DNA from: an uncultured virus (IMG/VR IMGVR_UViG_3300020404_001964)
Taxonomy: Duplodnaviria > Heunggongvirae > Uroviricota > Caudoviricetes
Length of the DNA stretch: 64,000 nucleotides
Virus record (IMG/VR): IMGVR_UViG_3300020404_001964
Coordinates: 1 to 64,000 of that record
Reading direction: 5' to 3' (one strand)
Shown here: positions 10,043 through 18,900 of the stretch, in pieces
How positions within the stretch are numbered: the stretch's first letter is position 1
How the letters are laid out: the number at the start of each line of letters is the position of its first letter
Notes under the pieces: model-generated
What the model saw: only the letters and a program-made list of their open reading frames with translations
Database searches by the model: none
What the model was told of the DNA's origin: nothing
Made by a program: the position numbers and the translations under genes

Positions 10043-10089
10043 ATATATACTAATATTACTATTTAGTCAATCGGAAATGGTAAAGTTTA

Positions 10090-13065
10090 TTACTGGATGC
10101 CTGCCAATTTTTTAATTCTGCTCATTTTAGGATCTTTGTCAGACATTAATTTAGCAATGGCTTCTTGTGCTGTTTTGATTTGAGCGTCACCGAATTTCTT
10201 TTCTACTGCTGTGATAACTGCTGTTTCACCTTTTGGAAATTGGTTATTTGTGTAGTCATAGAAACTTTTTACAAATTCTTCTACTTCAGTTGATTTATCT
10301 GCAACGACATCATCTGCTTTTTCAAATTTTGAACGCATTCTGTCTGATTCATAATCATAATCATCTTGTGCGGCTTGAAGTGCATCTTCGTGATCAGAGC
10401 CACCTGGCTTGACCATGTCTGTTGCAAATTCATCATCCACTTTATGATTACCATTGTATTCTGATTCACCTCTTAAACTGTTAGGGTCGACTTGTCCATT
10501 TACAACTTTGTAGTGTAGTGTGCCGTATGCCATTTCGCCATCGTCACCTGTGAATTCATAATCCATTGACATATCTTGATTTGCTTCAGGATTTTCTTTT
10601 TGTACTTCACCTTTTCTTAATGCATCAAAATTTTTGTGCAAGTATTCCATTGCCGCTTTTGCATCACTAAATTTTTTAACTGAATCACCGTCTTTGTTAA
10701 GCACATCAAACACAGTCTTACCATCGTCACCTTTGTACATTGACACATAAGGTTTAATGTCTTCAAATGTTATTGCTTCGTGTGGTGCTTTATAAAAAGT
10801 TGACTTTTTTGTTATTGGTTTACCACCTAGCCAATTCATTACTACTTCGCCTCTGTATGCTTTACCGTCTATCACTGAAGATCCCGAATCATCTGGACGG
10901 AAATCAACCTTTGGTGCTAAATTTTTACTTTGTACATAATCTTGAAGTGTTTTTTGTATGTCCTCGGCTGAAAGTTCCGGGTCAGCATAAAGTTCGCCTA
11001 CCACATAAGGGTCTTCATCAGAAACGCCATCTGCATTATCACCACGTTGCACAACAAAAATACCATCTGATATTTCAGTTTCAGCATCACCCATTTCTTT
11101 TACAGTACTTTCTTTTTCAATGAAATATTTTACCACATCCTGTACTATTCTAGCACTGTCTTCACCCGCTTTGCCTGTAATTGCTTCTATCTCATCTTCG
11201 CATTGTCTTGTCAATGGCATTTTTTTCATTAATTTCTCAGCGCCTAATTCATATTCAGCATCTCTGTCTTCGTCCCCAAATATTCCCATTTCTTTTTGGA
11301 CAGCGATGTATTCATCTGCATTAAAAAAGTCTGTGCCGATGCCAGTGTTCATATAATATTGTAAATATCCTTCTGCCATTGTGTTACCATTGCCGGCTTC
11401 GTATTTGTTTTGGTTCCATTTGTCCCACCATGCTTGAACTTTTTCTTTCAGTTCTGGAGTTATTTCTACACCTGACCTTTTGCCTTTTTCTTCATTTTTA
11501 GGTTCGTTGTCCATGTCACCTGTGTCTAATCTTGTTGCCACTTGTGGATCTCTTTTCATTACATAATCCATAATCATTGGACGCAAACAAGCATCGCTGT
11601 TTTCTTTACTTGCATTTCTGATAGAATCATTGAATTCTTCATCATCAATTATACCTGCTAGACTTTCAATACCGTTAGTGCCGTTAACACCTACAGGAAA
11701 ATGTTTTGCCATTAATGCATTTAATCTTTTGATTGCTTGATCTTTTTCTTCTGGATCATTTGAAAATAATTCATTGTCTTCTGCAACAATAGATTCCATT
11801 GCATCTTCGAATTCGTTGAATGAATCTGCTGTGTTTAAAGTTTCTATCATGCCACCCAAAACTTTTTCTACTGCATCTCTTGGAGCATCTGTGTGAATTA
11901 CAATTCCTTGATAACGCATTTCGTTTGGTTGTACATCTGCTTCAATACCTGCTTTGTTTAACAATTCTTTTACATCCATTGCATCTTTATCTGTAACTGC
12001 TTTTTCAGGTTCAAAGTCACCTACTAAATCATATTCATATTTTCTAGGTTCAGTGCCACCTTGATAACCATGTGCTTCAAATGATTCTGGATCTAGTGAT
12101 TGTACAGCAGTTTTTTCTGTAACTAATTTGTATATGTATGGAAATACATCTTGTAATTCTTCTTTGAATGTTTTGATTGTTAATTCGTCTATCCAATTCT
12201 TTTTGATGTCTTCTGGAACTTCTTCTAATGTTGACTCTTTAAAATTTTCAAAAGTTTCTTTGTATGCAGTTGCTCTTTGTAATTTTTGACATTCGTTTTT
12301 AATTGTGTCAATTCTTTCATCTACAATTGATTGATATTCTTTTAATCCTTCTGCCATTACATTGGATCTATTAATGTAAGTTTTAAATGATCTTAATTTG
12401 CTTAATTCTTCTGATAAACCAATGATGTGTTTACCAAATGAATCAAATGGATTGCCACCTTCTGACACGTGACGTGCCATTGCTCTTGCACCATTTAAAT
12501 GTTTGATTGGATATTTGAATCTTTCGCCTGCACTTGATTCAATAAAGATAGATTCTATTTTGTGAGATCTGCCACCTGCAACTGTTTGGTCAACTGGTGC
12601 TGAATGCTTTATCACTAAACGTGCTTCACCTACAGATTGAAAACTAGTTTTTGTTGTTCCGTATAAATTTGATTCGCTCACTTGTTCTACCTCTTTCTCT
12701 TTTCCTAAAAATTCATAATCTCTTTTTTCAAGATTGCTTTTTGTGATATCTCTAGTATCAAACCCAAGCACTCTTGCTTTTGCAAACTGGCCCATTTCTT
12801 TTAAGAAACCGTACCAAGCATTTTTTACTGCCTCGTCTGTGCCTTCTGTGAAGTCTTTGTTATGTAGTACCACAAGACCATCTTCTTCACTAATACTAAT
12901 ACTTACCTTTCCAAGGGTGTTTCCACCATGGTTGAAATCAAAGTCAAAAAACCTTGCTTCTTCAGGTTTTTTAGTAATTGTGCCCTGAGAATCACCTAAC
13001 TGTACTGAAGGAAATTGCCCTCTGATCTTGTTAAAAAGGTCTTTTGCTATAATACTAAGGTTCAT
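10090..13065 (-). CDS. large acidic hypothetical protein, probably a head/virion protein
   Basis: 991-aa E/D-rich ORF directly downstream of the terminase, preceded by ATAAATA at 13072-13078. Confidence 0.6.
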   Translation of the reverse strand: MNLSIIAKDLFNKIRGQFPSVQLGDSQGTITKKPEEARFFDFDFNHGGNTLGKVSISISEEDGLVVLHNKDFTEGTDEAVKNAWYGFLKEMGQFAKARVLGFDTRDITKSNLEKRDYEFLGKEKEVEQVSESNLYGTTKTSFQSVGEARLVIKHSAPVDQTVAGGRSHKIESIFIESSAGERFKYPIKHLNGARAMARHVSEGGNPFDSFGKHIIGLSEELSKLRSFKTYINRSNVMAEGLKEYQSIVDERIDTIKNECQKLQRATAYKETFENFKESTLEEVPEDIKKNWIDELTIKTFKEELQDVFPYIYKLVTEKTAVQSLDPESFEAHGYQGGTEPRKYEYDLVGDFEPEKAVTDKDAMDVKELLNKAGIEADVQPNEMRYQGIVIHTDAPRDAVEKVLGGMIETLNTADSFNEFEDAMESIVAEDNELFSNDPEEKDQAIKRLNALMAKHFPVGVNGTNGIESLAGIIDDEEFNDSIRNASKENSDACLRPMIMDYVMKRDPQVATRLDTGDMDNEPKNEEKGKRSGVEITPELKEKVQAWWDKWNQNKYEAGNGNTMAEGYLQYYMNTGIGTDFFNADEYIAVQKEMGIFGDEDRDAEYELGAEKLMKKMPLTRQCEDEIEAITGKAGEDSARIVQDVVKYFIEKESTVKEMGDAETEISDGIFVVQRGDNADGVSDEDPYVVGELYADPELSAEDIQKTLQDYVQSKNLAPKVDFRPDDSGSSVIDGKAYRGEVVMNWLGGKPITKKSTFYKAPHEAITFEDIKPYVSMYKGDDGKTVFDVLNKDGDSVKKFSDAKAAMEYLHKNFDALRKGEVQKENPEANQDMSMDYEFTGDDGEMAYGTLHYKVVNGQVDPNSLRGESEYNGNHKVDDEFATDMVKPGGSDHEDALQAAQDDYDYESDRMRSKFEKADDVVADKSTEVEEFVKSFYDYTNNQFPKGETAVITAVEKKFGDAQIKTAQEAIAKLMSDKDPKMSRIKKLAGIQ

Positions 13066-13081
13066 ATAAGGTATTTATCTG

Positions 13082-14665
13082 TTAGTGGCTTACAAAGATA
13101 GGCATTGGCATTACCTTGTCAGCAGTATCTTCGTCTGCTTGACTGAATGATGTGTACACTTTAGGATCCCAATCTTTCAATACAGCAATAATACGCATTG
13201 CCAACAGCATAGCACTCACTAGATCGTCATGTTCTCCAGACTTGGCTTTGTATGATGATCCTGATGCCACAAATGCTTTTAATTCGCTTATAAGTGGTTT
13301 GCTGTATATTTTCAACTTGCCTTTTTCAATCATGTTTTTTAATCTTGAACAGGCACTGATTTTTGTTTTGTGTGTGGTGTTGAATCCTTTTCTGAACTTT
13401 CTAATGTGACCTTTTCTAATAGGTTCACTCACAAACATACCTGGTATTTGGTCTTCTCCAAAGTCATTGATTACTAACAGTGCTGACTCTCCAATGGTGT
13501 TGTTTTCAACGCTCCAATAAATGTTTGAACCTGAACTTTGTGTTTCATCTTTGATATGATTACAGATGTCTTTAAGTATTCTTACTTGTTGTGGCACAGG
13601 TGTTGTGTTATGTTTCCACTCAGCAACTTGTTCAAAAGTTGGTAATTCTAAAACTTGTATTGCCGCATTGTCGCCACCAGTACCCATAGCAGGATCTAAA
13701 GCAACCACATATGTTTTTTGTGGATCCATCTTTTTGTACCAACGTGTTTGTCCCATGTTGATTTTAGGTTCTACACCTTCCAGAGTAGACAGTACCATAC
13801 TGTTTACTAGTGTCTCGTCAAATACTAAAAATTCGCAACCGTACTCACGTCTAAATCTTTCTTCACCAATACGACCAAGTTCTTGTTTTTTCCAATCTTC
13901 ATCTCTATCTGGATGTTCGTCCCAACTTGCTGTAAATCCGTGAAATCCATTTATACCTAATTCTTGTTCATTGCCATGTTCATCAAATTTGTTTTGACTT
14001 TCTCTCCATATTGTTGCAAAAACATCTTCATCAGAGTTTGGTGTTGATGTAATAATTGCACGACCACCTGTTGCAAGTGTGGGTGAAATAGAAGTCCAAA
14101 ACTCTTGTGCTATTCCTGGATTCACAAATGCAAACTCATCACAGTATAAAAGTGAAATAGACATACCTCTACCTGTGTTACCAGTTGTTGTGGCACTAAC
14201 AATACGTGATCCGTTTTCAAACTCCATTGAACCTTTGTTGTAGTTGATTACACCTGCTCTTACAAAGTCAGGACAAAGTTCATAACCGTATCTTATACGT
14301 TGCATAATCTCTTGTGCACCTGTGTATTTGTGTGCCGCAATAAGAATTGTTTGATCTGGATGAAACATTGCATACCATAAAAGGTAACAAGCCGCTGTGG
14401 TTGTCTTACCACTTTGTCTTGGTAACATATTAATATTAAATCTATGATCGTGATAACTGTGGAGTAATCTTTGTTGATATTCAAAAGGTTCAAACAAACA
14501 TTTACCTTTTACAGGGTGTTGTATAAAAAAATATTTCTTTGCAAAATATTCAAATCCAGTTTTAGGATGTGAACAAGAGGCAAGATCCGCTATTTGCTCT
14601 TCTGTAAATCTTTCACGTTGGTGTGCTTTTTTTGTTAATACACCGTCTAAACTTTTATTACTCAT
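13082..14665 (-). CDS. terL: terminase large subunit (T4 gp17-like)
   Basis: PRQSGKTT Walker A, LLYCDEFAF Walker B, ITSTPN, nuclease motifs ALDPAMG.GGD, VENN and HDDLV. Confidence 0.95.
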   Translation of the reverse strand: MSNKSLDGVLTKKAHQRERFTEEQIADLASCSHPKTGFEYFAKKYFFIQHPVKGKCLFEPFEYQQRLLHSYHDHRFNINMLPRQSGKTTTAACYLLWYAMFHPDQTILIAAHKYTGAQEIMQRIRYGYELCPDFVRAGVINYNKGSMEFENGSRIVSATTTGNTGRGMSISLLYCDEFAFVNPGIAQEFWTSISPTLATGGRAIITSTPNSDEDVFATIWRESQNKFDEHGNEQELGINGFHGFTASWDEHPDRDEDWKKQELGRIGEERFRREYGCEFLVFDETLVNSMVLSTLEGVEPKINMGQTRWYKKMDPQKTYVVALDPAMGTGGDNAAIQVLELPTFEQVAEWKHNTTPVPQQVRILKDICNHIKDETQSSGSNIYWSVENNTIGESALLVINDFGEDQIPGMFVSEPIRKGHIRKFRKGFNTTHKTKISACSRLKNMIEKGKLKIYSKPLISELKAFVASGSSYKAKSGEHDDLVSAMLLAMRIIAVLKDWDPKVYTSFSQADEDTADKVMPMPIFVSH

Positions 14666-14686
14666 ATATTGTACTTATCTTGCTTT

Positions 14687-15328
14687 CTAAAGCATTTCAA
14701 AAATTTCATTATCTATCTTTGCATTGAACGATATCGATCTTCTTTCTTCAGATGTATCTTTAAATGGATATACAGTGTGCATCAAATAGTGTGGGAAAAA
14801 ATAAAAATATCCTACTTCAGGTTTAATAGAAAATACTGATTCAGACAAAAATGATTTTTGACCATGTACTAGGTTTAATGTACCGCCGAAATAATCTTTT
14901 TCTTCCTTCTCTTTTCTTTGCACGTGTGTACCAAACGTTGATGGTAATTTTAGAAAACCTGCTCCTGATATATGTCCTGTATGATAATGTATTGGATTGT
15001 ATTCATTTTCAAATTGTCTTACAATCCATGAATCTATAAGTGCAAAATTTTTTATTTTCTTGCCTGTTACATTTTGTATCCAATTTGATGTGCAGTTTCC
15101 TAAAAATCCTAACCAACCTACTTGCTTCATAAATTCTTCTTCTAGTTTAAATTCCTGTGTCACGTCACCTATAAGTTGATTACCATGATTTAATTTATTT
15201 GCTTTTGTTTCATCTGCGACAGTATTGTCTACATATTGATTAAGATCATCAACAATTTGTTTTGGTATCTTAACTTTAAAAATTGATGGTCCAAAAGGTG
15301 TAATTATTTCTGCATTCACTTCAGTCAT
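14687..15328 (-). CDS. 2OG-Fe(II) oxygenase-like protein
   Basis: W..RQ...EYNPIHYH, FP..LMHTVYPF and RRSISFN. Confidence 0.75.
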   Translation of the reverse strand: MTEVNAEIITPFGPSIFKVKIPKQIVDDLNQYVDNTVADETKANKLNHGNQLIGDVTQEFKLEEEFMKQVGWLGFLGNCTSNWIQNVTGKKIKNFALIDSWIVRQFENEYNPIHYHTGHISGAGFLKLPSTFGTHVQRKEKEEKDYFGGTLNLVHGQKSFLSESVFSIKPEVGYFYFFPHYLMHTVYPFKDTSEERRSISFNAKIDNEIFEML

Positions 15329-15372
15329 ATAGTGTACTTATAGGGTAAAAGGGTGGTGTAAATTATTTGTGA

Positions 15373-15537
15373 TTAAGCGTTCTTCTTTGCCATTTTATTA
15401 ATGGTAGCATACATTACAGCATCGCCTTCTTTGCCATAACGTTTCTTAAAGTCTTTTTTCAGACCTTTTTTGTCAAACTTTTTTTTGTAAAAGTCTGCTT
15501 TTTTCTTTTCTGGTTTGGTAAGTTTACGTTCTAGTCT
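15373..15537 (-). CDS. putative frameshift-accessed 54-aa basic C-terminal extension of the upstream protein
   Basis: The -1 frame is open from the A9 run: RLERKLTKPEKKKADFYKKKFDKKGLKKDFKKRYGKEGDAVMYATINKMAKKNA*. It has no start codon of its own at the 5' end. Confidence 0.55.
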   Translation of the reverse strand, partial: RLERKLTKPEKKKADFYKKKFDKKGLKKDFKKRYGKEGDAVMYATINKMAKKNA

Positions 15538-15980
15538 TTTTTTTTGAAGTCCTGGTATGCTTTTTGTAGTTCTTCTTTGATTGAAGATGTTTTATCTTCT
15601 TGCTCTACTGCCATTGGATTGTCTCCAGGATATTCTTTTTTGTACATTTTTTTAGGACCGTTTGCACCGCCTGACAAATCTTTTGTCATGTACCTTGTAT
15701 CTTTGTATGTTGGATTTGGAGTTGTTGATGCTTTGCCCGGAACTTCTTCAGTTGCCGCAACTTCTTCTGCTTCTGGCTTAGGACCTTCAACTGGTGCTGG
15801 TGCTGGAGGAGTTACTCCTGCATTTTTAAAAATCTGTGCAATAGCATTCATATCTTCTGGTGTGTCACCATATAACATAACTTGCGATGCTTCTTTAACG
15901 TGTATTCTTTTCACGTCTTCTTTCATCTGCTCTTTGTTTTGAATACTATCTACTTTTCTTAAAAAATCTCTAATGTCCAT
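15531..15980 (-). CDS. hypothetical protein (probable head/internal protein)
   Basis: Start moved to MDIRDFLRK at 15980 (AGGT upstream, no overlap). Ends in TTC AAA AAA AAA GAC TAG. Confidence 0.7.
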   Translation of the reverse strand: MDIRDFLRKVDSIQNKEQMKEDVKRIHVKEASQVMLYGDTPEDMNAIAQIFKNAGVTPPAPAPVEGPKPEAEEVAATEEVPGKASTTPNPTYKDTRYMTKDLSGGANGPKKMYKKEYPGDNPMAVEQEDKTSSIKEELQKAYQDFKKKD

Positions 15981-15984
15981 ATAA

Positions 15985-16572
15985 TTATTTACCTTTCGCC
16001 TTGCCAGAGATAGGTGAAGTTTTATTGCCATCATCTACTTTAGATGTTGTGCCACCGTCTTTTGGTGCTTTGATATCACCTGCGGCATCGGGTGCTTGTC
16101 TTTCTTTTCTTTCTTTTTCAAGTTCTTTTAATAGGTCCATTACTCTATTATTTCCACCACTCTTTTGTTCATCTTTGCTGTCTTCGTATGGTGAATTTAA
16201 TTTTGCTTCATATGGAGCATCTGATTTTTCTTCTTGATATTCTTCTTGTGGTTCATTTGGATTTCTCACAATCAAATGACTCTCTTGAATACCACAACAA
16301 TTTTTAATGTATTGTTGTAATCCGTATGCTGTTGTTGGGTAACCTAACTCAACATCAAAATATGTAACTTCTGTATTTTCTAATTGAGGAAAGTCTAATG
16401 GTCTCTTTTGAATAGGTGTCTTTTTACCAGCACTCATTTTTTCAACCACAAACTTTTGTAGTGCAGTTTCTAATTGTGCAACATCTATGTCTTTAGGAGC
16501 ACCAACAATACCTATTTTGAATGGGTATGTCTTCTTGCTTTCAGTTAATATTTCTTGTAATCTACTTGTCAT
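15985..16572 (-). CDS. hypothetical protein in the head/packaging module
   Basis: Co-oriented ORF of about 195 aa; the start is either 16581 or 16572. Confidence 0.65.
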   Translation of the reverse strand: MTSRLQEILTESKKTYPFKIGIVGAPKDIDVAQLETALQKFVVEKMSAGKKTPIQKRPLDFPQLENTEVTYFDVELGYPTTAYGLQQYIKNCCGIQESHLIVRNPNEPQEEYQEEKSDAPYEAKLNSPYEDSKDEQKSGGNNRVMDLLKELEKERKERQAPDAAGDIKAPKDGGTTSKVDDGNKTSPISGKAKGK

Positions 16573-17113
16573 CGTTGTCATTGTTCCCGTCTTTGTTATA
16601 TTTATCCAGTTTTTTAAGTTTCTCGATTAAACTATTACGGTCTGAAACCACATATCCTTCGCCAGATATCACATTAGAGTCCGCATCGCCCGATTTCTGG
16701 TCTTGTTTCTGCTTTTTAAGTTGTAATTCAACCATTTTAAGTTTCTTGTCTAATTTTGCAGTTTTAGCCTCTAAATTAGTCTTAAGCATCTGCCCTGCAA
16801 CCTCAAATATACGTGCAGAGTATCTGCTTTCAACATTCATACCCAAGTCCATTAAATCCTCGTATGCAGTGCTGGCTCTGTTTGAAATATCATCTAATTC
16901 TGTATCGCCCATTTCACCCAGTCCGTCAACCTTAGGCAATGCCGCCGCAATTTTATCAAACTCTGCAATATCACGCATTGTGTTTTTTTGTGCTTGTATG
17001 GATTTGGCTTTTTGTTCTTGCTGTTTGTCCTGTGCTTCTGACTTTGCTTGTTCTTCTTGCACTATTTCCTGAGATTCAGGCAAATTTAATAGTTCTTCTA
17101 ATTTTTTTGTCAT
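16562..17113 (-). CDS. putative terminase small subunit (T4 gp16-like)
   Basis: Helical AYEDLMDLG...ARIFEVAGQMLK...KL...LQ.KK segment and a C-terminal VVSDRNSLIEKL, recalling gp16; near terL. Confidence 0.5.
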   Translation of the reverse strand: MTKKLEELLNLPESQEIVQEEQAKSEAQDKQQEQKAKSIQAQKNTMRDIAEFDKIAAALPKVDGLGEMGDTELDDISNRASTAYEDLMDLGMNVESRYSARIFEVAGQMLKTNLEAKTAKLDKKLKMVELQLKKQKQDQKSGDADSNVISGEGYVVSDRNSLIEKLKKLDKYNKDGNNDNDDK

Positions 17114-17140
17114 AACTGTGATGGAAATATTTATTGGTTG

Positions 17141-17209
17141 TTACCAAACGTATATGCCAAGATAGGCTGATATACCAATTACTATTATCCAAAAAACAAG
17201 TTTGTCCAT
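17141..17209 (-). CDS. 22-aa single-pass membrane peptide
   Basis: MDKLVFWIIVIGISAYLGIYVW*; TAATG overlap with the upstream stop; not in the ORF track. Confidence 0.5.
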   Translation of the reverse strand: MDKLVFWIIVIGISAYLGIYVW

Positions 17210-17418
17210 TATTTTAATATAATCGCTTTGATCGACTTCTCGCCCATGTATATCTCTGTTTCGGCATCGCCTTTCCAACATTGATATTTTACACTGGCAC
17301 TGTATTGTCTCTCGGCTTGTCTTTTACCACGCAAACATTTTGCCATGTTTTCTTGGATACGGTGTTCTTTAATCTCACCATTCACAAACATTAATAAGGC
17401 TACAACTGATTCTATCAT
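17209..17418 (-). CDS. small hypothetical protein with hydrophobic N-terminus
   Basis: 69 aa with two Cys; ATGA overlap with the upstream gene. Confidence 0.65.
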   Translation of the reverse strand: MIESVVALLMFVNGEIKEHRIQENMAKCLRGKRQAERQYSASVKYQCWKGDAETEIYMGEKSIKAIILK

Positions 17419-17627
17419 ATCGTTTCGTTCCTTTCACAACCCACTTCTAAATGTTCAACAATCAAAAAACCTTCTTCATCTGTTAACTGTTCTCTTGTTG
17501 TTGCTTCTTTAACAACAGCCGCCGCTAAACATTCTTGTTTTGTTTCAAATGTTCTTGGCGGGTCTTCGTACATTGTTTTACAATCTAAGACTGTTGCAAA
17601 ACAGATGATTGCAAACATCTTAAACAT
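17415..17627 (-). CDS. small hypothetical protein with four Cys
   Basis: 70 aa; TAATG coupling to the upstream gene. Confidence 0.6.
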   Translation of the reverse strand: MFKMFAIICFATVLDCKTMYEDPPRTFETKQECLAAAVVKEATTREQLTDEEGFLIVEHLEVGCERNETI

Positions 17628-18076
17628 TAATGACCGTTACCGTTTTTGTAAACAATTTCTCTGTCAGCATCTTTTAATTTTTCAATATTTTCTTGAGCCT
17701 TCTCTAATTGTTTTGTTAAGAACTCAATATTAATTTTGTTGTTAGCCATGTCATCTAGATGCTGTTGCATTCTGTCCACTGATTTATAAAGATCCTCAAT
17801 CAACATGAATTGTTCAATATCCTGGGAACTTTGACCTAATTCACCTCTTGGATATTTTATTCTAAACTCTGTATTTTGTTTAACTTCGTTGTGTAGTCTC
17901 TCATCTTCAGCAGTCACGTCTTTTTCTATCAAAACTGTTTGCGTTTCTAACTTGTTCAGTCTTTCAATAACACCAAAATATGCCCATACACCAACTGCCA
18001 CTGCTGACACAATGGCTATCAAGTTTTTCATTGGCATACTGATTGCCGTTTGATCGCTTATATCTAGTCTTTTCAT
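17627..18076 (-). CDS. membrane-anchored coiled-coil protein
   Basis: Transmembrane-like LIAIVSAVAVGVWAYFGVI followed by heptad-rich helices; ATAAATA at 18085-18091. Confidence 0.65.
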   Translation of the reverse strand: MKRLDISDQTAISMPMKNLIAIVSAVAVGVWAYFGVIERLNKLETQTVLIEKDVTAEDERLHNEVKQNTEFRIKYPRGELGQSSQDIEQFMLIEDLYKSVDRMQQHLDDMANNKINIEFLTKQLEKAQENIEKLKDADREIVYKNGNGH

Positions 18077-18096
18077 AATGTACGTATTTATCTAGA

Positions 18097-18531
18097 TTAT
18101 CTTCTCTTGCCCTGATGGAACAGGTCTTTTTCGTTTACTATTCTAAAACGCAAACCTTTGTTCTTACACCATGCTTGGGCACTCTGCCATTTGGCTTTGT
18201 TGACAATAAGTTGACCTTGATTCATTCTGCCTTTTGCTTTTTCAACAAGAGTTTGATTTTCAGGTTTTATTTCTATTACTTCTGCGTGTGGTTTTCCGTT
18301 TTTGTCAACGTATGCAATAAAAAAATCTGGAATGTAAATTGTGTACTGTCCTGTGAAAGGATGTCTATATGGAATTTTTATTGATTCACTGGCCCATTTG
18401 CTGATGCTAGGACTTTCATCACAAAATTTCATAAATGCAAACTCCCAACTGCTTCTATACAAAGGAGTTCTACCGCCAACATATTTGTCAGGGTTTTTCA
18501 TACTGAATCTACCTGATGCAAATTTTTTCAT
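18097..18531 (-). CDS. head completion nuclease (T4 gp4-like, TnsA N-terminal PD-(D/E)xK fold)
   Basis: NPDKYVG, YRSSWE..FM..CD, WASE, YIPDF, EIKP and NKAKW..A..WC. Confidence 0.88.
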   Translation of the reverse strand: MKKFASGRFSMKNPDKYVGGRTPLYRSSWEFAFMKFCDESPSISKWASESIKIPYRHPFTGQYTIYIPDFFIAYVDKNGKPHAEVIEIKPENQTLVEKAKGRMNQGQLIVNKAKWQSAQAWCKNKGLRFRIVNEKDLFHQGKRR

Positions 18532-18534
18532 GGC

Positions 18535-18897
18535 TTATACCATTATGTTTCTTTTTTCAGATAAGTTTGTAGGTGATTCTACTTTGTAACCAAGAGATGA
18601 TGTTAATGATCTGCTGTTGTTTAAAACTTCTGTAACTATGTAACTTAATTGTACTTTGTCTAAACCTTTTAAACTATCAAGTAACTCAAAAACTTTTACA
18701 TTGTCTATTTTTGCTTGTTTTAAAATTACTGCCGCTGTGTTTATACTTGATGTTTTTTCAAAACCTCTTGATTCAAAAAAGCCTACCACTGCGTCAACAT
18801 CATTAGATGGAAAACTTAAAGGCTCATTGAAATAATTGTCAAAGAAATCTTTGACTGGTGCTGAACTGTCATTGGTTTGTTTTGGTAAACTTGTCAT
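18535..18897 (-). CDS. hypothetical protein
   Basis: 120-aa co-oriented ORF in the tail module. Confidence 0.65.
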   Translation of the reverse strand: MTSLPKQTNDSSAPVKDFFDNYFNEPLSFPSNDVDAVVGFFESRGFEKTSSINTAAVILKQAKIDNVKVFELLDSLKGLDKVQLSYIVTEVLNNSRSLTSSLGYKVESPTNLSEKRNIMV

Positions 18898-18900
18898 ATG

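Noticed and set aside
7887..14665. Inteins or introns in uvsX or terL
   Set aside because: Both have ordinary lengths and uninterrupted motifs.
15460..15533. TAG readthrough or alternative genetic code at the 15531 stop
   Set aside because: The in-frame continuation is short and ends at TGA; TAG serves as a normal stop elsewhere and long genes are intact in the standard code.
18097..18531. TnsA-like transposase / mobile element
   Set aside because: The motifs and position match the T4 gp4-type head completion protein; there are no other transposon genes or terminal repeats.
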